From: an uncultured virus (IMG/VR IMGVR_UViG_3300032295_003754) | Lineage: Duplodnaviria; Heunggongvirae; Uroviricota; Caudoviricetes | DNA length: 64,000 nt | Virus record (IMG/VR): IMGVR_UViG_3300032295_003754 | Reading direction: 5' to 3' (one strand) | Part shown: positions 25,729 through 33,848 of the stretch, in pieces | Position numbering within the stretch: the first letter of the stretch is position 1 | How the letters are laid out: every line of letters begins with the position of its first letter | Position numbers and translations under genes: made by a program | Notes under the pieces: generated by a model | The model's input: the letters and a program-made list of their open reading frames with translations, nothing else | What the model was told of the DNA's origin: nothing | Databases searched by the model: none

Positions 25729-28700
25729 TTAAGTTATTGGTATTATTATTATTGTATTACTACCAGCTTGGAAAGCAAAAGGTGGATTATATTTCCATAC
25801 TTTGTATTCTATACTTGTGCTCGAACCGTTATAACCTTCGATGGTTATGTTGGATGCATTAGTAATGAAATCGGTATCTAAGAACGATATTTGTCCATTA
25901 CTTGTTAGTTTAGATTCACCTATTGTATATTCACTTGGAATAATCAAAAAGAAATTTTGCAGTGTCGAACCTGCTGGGAACCTAATTTCACCATTATCAA
26001 TAGCCACACTTTCGAGTTCTTCATATGGAAGACTAAGACTTTCTAACTGAGTTTTGTTTGTCGGTACAGTGCCTGTGGCAGCTGGACCGTAATAAATCAT
26101 TTTTTCGAACATAATATTTACTTGATTACTTTGATAGGATGCGATTTCATCAAAAACATTTCCTTTGTATTGAATCTGAGTTGCATCATACAGACCCGGA
26201 TTTGATGTAGGAATAGTTGCGTTATGAGTTTGATTTTGTGTCGTATTTGGTCCCATTACCGCTGATGGTGAGTAGGATATCTCCAATATTGGAGTGAATC
26301 CACCAGATATTCCTTTTCGGAAAGTATAATCATATCCAGTGACATTTATGTATGAATTAAATCTTCTCACAACACCGGTAATTTGTGAACCAATGTTACC
26401 AATTTCTCTTTTTGTATTTGTCTCACCCTTTTCCGATCTAATATCAGTGCCAGTAACAGTAATAGTAAATGTAGGTACCTGATATGCAGCAACTGTTATC
26501 ACTCTCTCAATCGGAGTCGCAGAGGTGCCTTCACTATCAGTAACCTCCCACTTAAATGTCCAAGTACTGCCCTCTTGAGGCCATGCTGGATAATCCTCTA
26601 TAAAATCCTCGTTATATCCTTGAGCATCATTCAATTTATCCGCATCACTCACCACAAAACCAGGGAAAGGTTGATATACAGTATCTCCGTTATCGATGAA
26701 AGTCAAGGTGGCACTAGAGACTGTAGCCCCTTGAGTAACAATATCACTCCAACCAAAATTAAGATTGAAATTTATTGATGTCATACCAAATGGTACTGTA
26801 TTCTGGAAATCATTTTCATCAATATCTGAGTCCACAGTCAAATAAATAGCAGGTGGTAGGTTTTCATTCAGAACATCATAAATAAAATATTCTAAAGTCC
26901 ATCCCTCAGATGGTATGTAATCACCAGTCACATATTTACCAAAAGATTTCCCAACCGCAATACTAACTGTAAAACCAGTAGAGAACGTAGCAAAACCACC
27001 ACTACCACTACCAGCAATAGGTTCTGACCAATAAGGTAATGAACTAGTACCACCAGTTGTTAAAACATATCCGGCAGTAGCTGGTCCTAAAGCAGTCCAA
27101 CCATAATCACTCCAAACCAAAACGGCACCATATGTACCACTCGGTAATTGATTCTCACCACCCGAAACCATTAAGTTCCAACTTTGTGTAGCTGTACTAG
27201 GTGTGTTACCAACATTTGATGTGGTTACTGAAATCCAACTAGAACCACCATAATATAAAACATCATAGTAGTTATAAGTAATGACACTAGAATAAGTACC
27301 TTGCCAAGTAAACCCTTGACCAGTTGCACCATCAGCACCTTTTGAAACCATAAGACCCCAACTCTGAGTTATTGTACTCGGAGTAAGTCCAGGACTAGAT
27401 GTTCCTAATGAAATATAACTAGAACCAAGATATTCAACAACATTATATAAAGAATAAGTTGAAGATGTACCATATGTACCTTGCCAAGTAAATGAAAAAC
27501 CAGTTGGTCCCTGTGGACCTGTAAATGCGGATGTAGATACAGTTCCAATTCCTATAATCCTACCCCACTGGTCCAACCTAAATGTTGGAGTTTCAAATGT
27601 AGAACCATAAGTTACACCAGTAGTAACACTAACCGTAGCTAATGAAAGAGTAAATGTATTTGAAACACTTATAGGTGCTGCAAACTTTGTATAATCTATT
27701 CCAAATGTACCACCACTCAAAGTCAAACCTTGAATGTTTACTAAGTTCAAACCAACTCCTATACCAGATGTTGTAAGTCCATTGTAACCATAAATAGATT
27801 GCCAAGTACCAAGACCAGTAGAATCAGAAACTAATACACTATAGCTCGCTTGGCTACCGTCCGTTATCTTTAACCCACCCGATGTTGAAGAATATAACTC
27901 CATTCTAAATGGTGAACTTGTGTTACCAAATAACGCACTATTTAAATTCGAAGCAGATAATGAGTTACTAGCAGTAAAATCACTAATCTGAATCATACCA
28001 TTCATTAATTGAATAGTCCTTTGCTCATCAGATAAATTATCAAAGTTGATAACCCTATATGCAGGTTCACTACCAGTGTATAAGTCCACTCTGAACTCAT
28101 CAGTTGTTCTAATAATTAAACCACCATCATTTTCCCTTTGTATATAAGTGTGAATCTGGTCACCAAAATAAAGTGTAGCTGTTGAACCTAAAACTCCAAC
28201 ATTTACACCACCATCAACACTAAATGAAGCATTTGTATTTGAAGGTGTTGTTCCGATGTAAACATAAGAACCAGTGTCAGTAATGTTAGAAGATGTAAGG
28301 GACATCGAACCACTAAATTTAGCAACACGATTGGTCTGACCTGAAATATTTCCACTAAAATTCGGAACCCATTGAAACTCACCACTATGAGTAGATGTGG
28401 AAAGAATATAACCTGGAACATAACTACCTGTTAATGATAACATCGATGGAGTTAAGCCACCAACGTGAATAGGTGTTCCAGAATAAAGTCCACTAGAATA
28501 TGTTAATCCACCACCAATAGCAATGTCAATCCTTGAACCATATGGACTAGCAGGCAAAGCCTCACTATAACTAACACCAAATCCGAACTGAATATCAAGA
28601 GCTAATCTTTTTTCATATCCATCAGACCCAGCTACATACCAACTATAAGTTGGTCCACCAAGTTTTGGGTAAATACTACTATATCCTGCGTCTGGAATTG

Positions 28701-28755
28701 ATACTGAACCTGTTAAAATCCACTGTGGTATACTTAGAATTCGATTAACTGACAT
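25729..28755 (-). CDS. large virion structural/fibre protein with two WQGTY..Y...VxYxGSS carbohydrate-binding-like repeats
   Basis: Ser/Thr/Gly-rich; first gene of a late operon (AATATATA at 28785-28792, minus strand). Confidence 0.7.
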   Translation of the reverse strand: MSVNRILSIPQWILTGSVSIPDAGYSSIYPKLGGPTYSWYVAGSDGYEKRLALDIQFGFGVSYSEALPASPYGSRIDIAIGGGLTYSSGLYSGTPIHVGGLTPSMLSLTGSYVPGYILSTSTHSGEFQWVPNFSGNISGQTNRVAKFSGSMSLTSSNITDTGSYVYIGTTPSNTNASFSVDGGVNVGVLGSTATLYFGDQIHTYIQRENDGGLIIRTTDEFRVDLYTGSEPAYRVINFDNLSDEQRTIQLMNGMIQISDFTASNSLSASNLNSALFGNTSSPFRMELYSSTSGGLKITDGSQASYSVLVSDSTGLGTWQSIYGYNGLTTSGIGVGLNLVNIQGLTLSGGTFGIDYTKFAAPISVSNTFTLSLATVSVTTGVTYGSTFETPTFRLDQWGRIIGIGTVSTSAFTGPQGPTGFSFTWQGTYGTSSTYSLYNVVEYLGSSYISLGTSSPGLTPSTITQSWGLMVSKGADGATGQGFTWQGTYSSVITYNYYDVLYYGGSSWISVTTSNVGNTPSTATQSWNLMVSGGENQLPSGTYGAVLVWSDYGWTALGPATAGYVLTTGGTSSLPYWSEPIAGSGSGGFATFSTGFTVSIAVGKSFGKYVTGDYIPSEGWTLEYFIYDVLNENLPPAIYLTVDSDIDENDFQNTVPFGMTSINFNLNFGWSDIVTQGATVSSATLTFIDNGDTVYQPFPGFVVSDADKLNDAQGYNEDFIEDYPAWPQEGSTWTFKWEVTDSEGTSATPIERVITVAAYQVPTFTITVTGTDIRSEKGETNTKREIGNIGSQITGVVRRFNSYINVTGYDYTFRKGISGGFTPILEISYSPSAVMGPNTTQNQTHNATIPTSNPGLYDATQIQYKGNVFDEIASYQSNQVNIMFEKMIYYGPAATGTVPTNKTQLESLSLPYEELESVAIDNGEIRFPAGSTLQNFFLIIPSEYTIGESKLTSNGQISFLDTDFITNASNITIEGYNGSSTSIEYKVWKYNPPFAFQAGSNTIIIIPIT

Positions 28756-28850
28756 TATTTTGTTTATTAGTTATTTATCCTTGTTATATATTAAAAAGAA
28801 TTCCTTCAATTTTAGGTCTTGGAATTTATTATCTGAAAATAAAAAAAATA

Positions 28851-29603
28851 TTATGACTTTTTTCCAACCAAGTCTTTCATTTTGATAACTTCTGATTTTT
28901 TCTGGACTTCAACTATATAAATGTTGTTTGGTTTAACTCTAAATCCGTGTGAAATATTGAAATGATTTAGACACTCTCTAAATATATTTATGATATCTAA
29001 AGATTTATTAGTAAAATTGTACCTTTCATATTTGTTTAAAGCCACATAAAAAGAACCATCAGAGATAAACAATCCCCTCATAAGATTTTTATAGTCGATA
29101 TTTTGTTTCTGAAAATCAAATAATTCAATTTTTCTTGAATGTTTCACGCCTTTACCATGTTGTGGAAAGTACTTTGGTAGTTTTTTTTCGAAAGTACTCA
29201 AAATAGTACATCCCTTACTGAAGGTTCTAGTAGATTTTTTTTCAAAAAAATTTTCCAATACTGTTTGAATTTCATTTATTGAATTTGAATATTTATTGTC
29301 CTGAACAATTCTAAGTTTGAATGACTTTTTATTGGGCGATATACATCCGTCACCAAGGTATAAACCTAGTATAAAACTATACAAATCTTTTTTTTCATAA
29401 ATTCTATCTAAGACTTCTTGCGTTTCCATATACTCTATTTCTTCTTTTGAGTATAATCCAAGTGGCTTGTTCACCACATCAGCTTTTAACCAATAAGCAA
29501 TAGAACCTCTGGGAATTTTGTATTTTTTACTCAGAAATAATTTGTTTGGATTCTCGTTGTATTCTGAGACAACTTTTTTTATTAATTCAATATCATATTT
29601 CAT
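28851..29603 (-). CDS. HTH + two-motif LAGLIDADG homing-endonuclease-like protein
   Basis: FILGLYLGDGCI and LMRGLFISDGS motifs; N-terminal LSKKYKIPRGSIAYW HTH; FPQHGKGVKH. Confidence 0.8.
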   Translation of the reverse strand: MKYDIELIKKVVSEYNENPNKLFLSKKYKIPRGSIAYWLKADVVNKPLGLYSKEEIEYMETQEVLDRIYEKKDLYSFILGLYLGDGCISPNKKSFKLRIVQDNKYSNSINEIQTVLENFFEKKSTRTFSKGCTILSTFEKKLPKYFPQHGKGVKHSRKIELFDFQKQNIDYKNLMRGLFISDGSFYVALNKYERYNFTNKSLDIINIFRECLNHFNISHGFRVKPNNIYIVEVQKKSEVIKMKDLVGKKS

Positions 29604-29636
29604 AGTTTATATATTAAAATATTTAAGTCCCATTAT

Positions 29637-29721
29637 GTCATTGTGGCGGAACAGGTAGACGCGGCGGTCTTAAAAACCTCTGAGAGCAACTCTCGTGTGG
29701 GTTCGATTCCCACCTTTGATA
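29637..29721 (+). tRNA. tRNA-Leu(UAA), degenerate (possible pseudo-tRNA)
   Basis: D arm GGCGGAACAGGTAGACGC, anticodon TAA at 29671-29673, long variable arm, T arm GTGGG-TTCGATT-CCCAC; mismatches in acceptor and anticodon stems; no CCA. Confidence 0.8.
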
Positions 29722-29722
29722 C

Positions 29723-29750
29723 AGGGTCCTTTTGGACCCTTTTTTCTTTT
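29723..29750 (+). terminator. intrinsic terminator after the tRNA
   Basis: agggtcc-tttt-ggaccct followed by a T-tract. Confidence 0.8.
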
Positions 29751-29778
29751 TTAAAACATTTTACTTTTCTAAGATATC

Positions 29779-30570
29779 ATGTCAGTAATGTCAAAAAAAC
29801 TAGATTTAAAACTTAAGCCAGATACATTCCAAGACTTTATTGAAAAAATAGGCGACTTGGCAAGTATCGATGATGTAGTGAAAATAAAAATCACCGGTGA
29901 TGATTTACTTATGTACTCAATCATTAGTAATGAAGCTACACTCCTAGCACTGAAAAGTTACTTAGTAAAAACTAATGACTATATAGAAGGATTCAAAGAA
30001 GAAGCCACTTTTGATTTCATTATTACAAGTGCAAATAAGTTTTATAAAAACCTTAAGTTCTTCGATACACAAAAACCTATCAAATGGACTATTGTTTATA
30101 AAGACCAACCAGATTCAGATGACACCATGCATATAAGGTCATCACAGTTTGCAAATGGTAAACTAAAAATCACTCAAATCGGTGGAGAACAATATAAAAT
30201 AAGAGACATTACCAAAGAAGCTCTAAAACTAAGACTGGACCCCAAAAAAATAAAATGGAAATTCCATGTTAGTTCAGAAGATTTTGTCAATATCAAAAAA
30301 CTTTCCACCATTAACAGTGAGGAGAAAATCCTAAACATATCAGTTCAATCAAATAAAGTAGTGTTTAGTGAAATGTCCAAGTGGGAAATGGAGGTCGATG
30401 AAATACAATCAAAAGACACAAATCTTATCTTTAATAAAAAATATTTGGGAAATATTGATGTTTCAAGTGATTTTGTAAACTTTAATATCTTTGAGAACTT
30501 TGTTTTAGTTAATGACTCTTCAACAAACCTTATCCTTAGTTTCGAACAAGACTTTTCAACAGACGATTAA
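29779..30570 (+). CDS. probable DNA polymerase sliding clamp (gp45/PCNA-like)
   Basis: Size, alternating helix/strand pattern and proximity to the polymerase gene; inference only. Confidence 0.5.
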   Translation: MSVMSKKLDLKLKPDTFQDFIEKIGDLASIDDVVKIKITGDDLLMYSIISNEATLLALKSYLVKTNDYIEGFKEEATFDFIITSANKFYKNLKFFDTQKPIKWTIVYKDQPDSDDTMHIRSSQFANGKLKITQIGGEQYKIRDITKEALKLRLDPKKIKWKFHVSSEDFVNIKKLSTINSEEKILNISVQSNKVVFSEMSKWEMEVDEIQSKDTNLIFNKKYLGNIDVSSDFVNFNIFENFVLVNDSSTNLILSFEQDFSTDD

Positions 30571-30572
30571 TA

Positions 30573-31907
30573 ATGGAACAACTCCTTTCAGTGTCACCTA
30601 TAGATGGTAGATACTATAACCAAACAAAAAACTTAAGTAATTTCTTTTCTGAGTTTGCCTATAATAAGTGGAGACTTTTTGTAGAGGTAGAATGGTTTTT
30701 ATTCTTGATACAAAAACAAATCATCACCAACACAAAATTGGATGATGAAGAGTATATGAAAATAAAAAATATCCCACAAAATTTCACTATCGAAGATTGT
30801 GCAGTTATTAAACAAATTGAAAAGGAAATAAACCATGATGTAAAAGCTATAGAATACTTTCTTAAATCACGGATTAAATCTTTAGGACATGAAGATTTGG
30901 TTGAGTTTGTACACTTTGGTCTAACCTCACAAGATGTTAATAATACAGCAATACCCTTAATGTTAAAAAAGTTTCAACAAAATCATTACCAAATAGATTT
31001 AATGAAACTTATCGATAAGATAGAAGATATTGGAAACGAACTAATCAACCAACCAATCCTATCAAGAACCCATGGTCAACCAGCATCACCAACAAGATTT
31101 GGTAAGGAAATATTAGTCTTCCATGAAAGATTAACAAATGCTTTCAAACACCTCACTCAGAAACAATACTTTTGTAAGTTTGGAGGTGCTGTTGGTAACT
31201 TTAATGCACATGTGGTAGCTTATCCCGATTTAGATTGGAAAAAGTTAGGTGATGAATTTGTAAAATCATTCGGACTTATCAGACAACAAACCACAACTCA
31301 AATAGAACACTATGATAACCTTTGTGCAATATTTGATGATGTTAAAAGAATTAATACCATCCTTATCGATTTCACAAGAGATATGTGGCAATATATTTCC
31401 ATGGATTATTTCAAACAATCACTAAATCAAAATGAGGTGGGCTCATCGGCAATGCCACATAAAGTAAATCCTATTGATTTTGAAAATGCCGAAGGTAACT
31501 TAGGTTTAGCAAATGCTCTTCTATCACATTTTTCAGAAAAACTACCAATATCAAGATTACAAAGAGACTTAACCGACTCAACGGTCATTAGAAATATCGG
31601 TGTTCCATTTGCCCACACTCAAATAAGTATTCACTCTATCCTTAGAGGACTAAATAAGTTAGGAGTCAATCCAGATAAAATCAATAAAGACTTGGATGAT
31701 AATTGGCAAGTTATTGCTGAGGGAATCCAAACTATTTTGAGAAGGGAAGGTTTTGAAAAACCTTATGAAGCTTTAAAAGGTTTGACAAGGGGCAATGATA
31801 AGATTGGTAAATCAAAGATTTGGGATTTTATCGATACTTTGGATGTCAGTGATGGAGTTAAAAAAGAATTAAAGGAAATAAGTCCATTTAATTATTTAGG
31901 TGTGTAA
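30573..31907 (+). CDS. purB: adenylosuccinate lyase
   Basis: SPIDGRY, HDVKAIEY, TSQDVNN, RTHGQPA, SSAMPHKVNPIDFEN. Confidence 0.97.
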   Translation: MEQLLSVSPIDGRYYNQTKNLSNFFSEFAYNKWRLFVEVEWFLFLIQKQIITNTKLDDEEYMKIKNIPQNFTIEDCAVIKQIEKEINHDVKAIEYFLKSRIKSLGHEDLVEFVHFGLTSQDVNNTAIPLMLKKFQQNHYQIDLMKLIDKIEDIGNELINQPILSRTHGQPASPTRFGKEILVFHERLTNAFKHLTQKQYFCKFGGAVGNFNAHVVAYPDLDWKKLGDEFVKSFGLIRQQTTTQIEHYDNLCAIFDDVKRINTILIDFTRDMWQYISMDYFKQSLNQNEVGSSAMPHKVNPIDFENAEGNLGLANALLSHFSEKLPISRLQRDLTDSTVIRNIGVPFAHTQISIHSILRGLNKLGVNPDKINKDLDDNWQVIAEGIQTILRREGFEKPYEALKGLTRGNDKIGKSKIWDFIDTLDVSDGVKKELKEISPFNYLGV

Positions 31908-31936
31908 CTTTTGTATATTTTTATAATACATGATGT

Positions 31937-32068
31937 ATGTCAAAAGAGTCAAAAATTAAAAAATTAGAGGACCTAAAAAGACAAGCTTCGGAACTTAAAA
32001 GAGAGGTTGAATACTACAACGCTTTACAAACTGGTTTGAAGCTCGTACTTAATGGGTCCTACTTTTAG
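31937..32068 (+). CDS. N-terminal segment of family-B DNA polymerase subunit (fingers helix + first half of motif B)
   Basis: Hand translation MSKESKIKKLEDLKRQASELKREVEYYNALQTGLKLVLNGSYF*; QxxxKxxxNxxY. Confidence 0.88.
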   Translation: MSKESKIKKLEDLKRQASELKREVEYYNALQTGLKLVLNGSYF

Positions 32069-32103
32069 CCCCCTCATCTTCGGATGAGGGGGCACCACAG
32101 GTC
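32063..32103 (+). other. 41-nt insertion (TAG + 11-bp cUUCGg hairpin) interrupting polymerase motif B
   Basis: TTTTAG, stem GCCCCCTCATC-TTCG-GATGAGGGGGC, then ACCACAGGTC, between TAC (Tyr) and GGA (Gly). Confidence 0.9.
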
Positions 32104-33168
32104 GGAGCATTTGCTGCACCCTACTTTATATTGTTTAATAACTATGTAGCCGGCACCATTACAGCCGAGGGTAGAAACCTTACTCAAACTATGAATAAGG
32201 TTAATGAGGATTATTGGTATGAACAGTGGCACTTAGATACTGAACTGCACCAATCAATGAATCTGAAAAACGTCACACCCATTCCAAGAAATGAAGAGGT
32301 TTCCATTTATGCTGATACTGATTCTTTATTTGTATCATTCAAACCAGCAATGGACCATTGTGAATGGAGACATCAATACTCAACTGAACTTGAGTTTATT
32401 CACGCACTTGATAAAAATAGATACGCAGGTTATTTTAGAAAATGTCTAGATGAACATGCCGCTACTTATGGTGTTGAGAACAAACAAGACTTTGAACTTG
32501 AAAGGATTTCCGAATCTATTATTTCAATAGCTAAGAAAAAGTATATTCAACATATCGTATATGAAGATGGTATTCCATATGATAGAATGTCATATATCTT
32601 TCCAAAAGGTGTAGAACTAGTTAGGTCATCAACACCTTTATTTGCGAGGGATAAGATTATTGGTATTGTTAAATATCTTTTCGAACATCCCGATACTTTC
32701 AACATTAAAGAACTCTTAAAACTTGTAAAGAATCTTAAAAAGGAATTTGACTTATGTGTACCTGATAGGATTGATGAAATATGTATGCAATCATCTTGTT
32801 CAAAGTATGGGGAGAAAGTTTTAAATGATAAAACCAAGTTAGAATTTGTAAATGGTTCTCACTTTGCTGTTAAAGCTTCTGCTTATCATAACTATCTTTT
32901 ACATAAGAATAAAGGTTTACAGAATAAGTATGAGTTTATAAAATCAGGAGATAAGATTAAATACTATTACTGTAAAGATAAGACAGTAAATGAGGTATTT
33001 GCTTTTATTAGGGGTTCATATCCTATTGAAATGGCGCCAGAGATTGACTTAGATACTCAGTTTGAAAAGTGTATATTATCACCTATCAATTCTATTATTG
33101 AACCTTTGGGAATGCCACTGATAACTAAACGGTTAAGTGTTGTTTTAGATATATTCTCTGGATTTTAA
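32104..33168 (+). CDS. family-B DNA polymerase C-terminal segment (palm/thumb; gp43B-like)
   Basis: GAFAAPYF...ITAEGR, YADTDS motif C, AKKKY, KGVELVRSSTP. Confidence 0.92.
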   Translation, partial: GAFAAPYFILFNNYVAGTITAEGRNLTQTMNKVNEDYWYEQWHLDTELHQSMNLKNVTPIPRNEEVSIYADTDSLFVSFKPAMDHCEWRHQYSTELEFIHALDKNRYAGYFRKCLDEHAATYGVENKQDFELERISESIISIAKKKYIQHIVYEDGIPYDRMSYIFPKGVELVRSSTPLFARDKIIGIVKYLFEHPDTFNIKELLKLVKNLKKEFDLCVPDRIDEICMQSSCSKYGEKVLNDKTKLEFVNGSHFAVKASAYHNYLLHKNKGLQNKYEFIKSGDKIKYYYCKDKTVNEVFAFIRGSYPIEMAPEIDLDTQFEKCILSPINSIIEPLGMPLITKRLSVVLDIFSGF

Positions 33169-33204
33169 AAACCAGTATGTATGATTCTATTATTGTAGTT
33201 TTCG

Positions 33205-33555
33205 ATGGGAGAAATAACCAGTGAAGAGATTTTAGATAGATTCGAACTCATAAAAGAATTTCTTATGAGTTTAGGATTTTCTGAACCCATTTATATAGAA
33301 AGGGGGTTGGATTCTTTTTGGGGATTTAATAGTAGTACATTTCAGTTAGAATATAAAAATGAATCGAGAATCTGTATTCAAATAAAGTATCAAATAATCG
33401 GGGGGATTATATTTGTCTTGAGTGGTAAAATTACTGGCTCTGTTTACGAACATATTTATACAGACTATGATTTGAATTTAATGTGGGAAAAAGGTCATAT
33501 TCTACAAACGGAATTTCGAGATTTTAAATTGAAAAAGTTAATAAATATTCAATGA
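33205..33555 (+). CDS. hypothetical protein with C-terminal EFRDFKLKKLI tag
   Basis: ORF track. Confidence 0.7.
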   Translation: MGEITSEEILDRFELIKEFLMSLGFSEPIYIERGLDSFWGFNSSTFQLEYKNESRICIQIKYQIIGGIIFVLSGKITGSVYEHIYTDYDLNLMWEKGHILQTEFRDFKLKKLINIQ

Positions 33556-33749
33556 AATCAAAAGAGGAAATAACCGAGTTAGCCAATAAGAAATTCCCAT
33601 ATGACCCATATGATAATCAGTTTTTTCCAGGCACAAGACAAGCAAAAATCAATGGATTTGTCGCTGGTTACACAAAAGCACAAGAAGATTTCATAGATTT
33701 ACTCGAAAACTTAGGGATTTCTTTAGAAGATTTGTTGGGTAAAAAGTAG
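33552..33749 (+). CDS. small phage protein (GFVAGY motif)
   Basis: ORF track; ATGA overlap with the upstream gene. Confidence 0.65.
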   Translation: MKSKEEITELANKKFPYDPYDNQFFPGTRQAKINGFVAGYTKAQEDFIDLLENLGISLEDLLGKK

Positions 33750-33848
33750 TGGATTTTTTATATCTTTGAAAAGTACCATAAAAAAATCCGCAAAATCCCA
33801 AACCTTATATATCCATCGATATATAAACCAAAACAAAAACCAAAAATT

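Noticed and set aside
12797..26778. Short ORFs nested in or antisense to the fibre genes
   Set aside because: Shadow ORFs from repetitive codon usage; no motifs or promoters
32066..32068. TAG reassignment (Lak-type code 15) explaining the polymerase stop
   Set aside because: Readthrough stays in the wrong frame and meets another TAG; long genes here translate fully in the standard code and some end in TAG
32068..32093. Ordinary intrinsic terminator
   Set aside because: No U-tract follows on the plus strand (only AAAA follows on the minus strand), and it sits within a conserved catalytic motif
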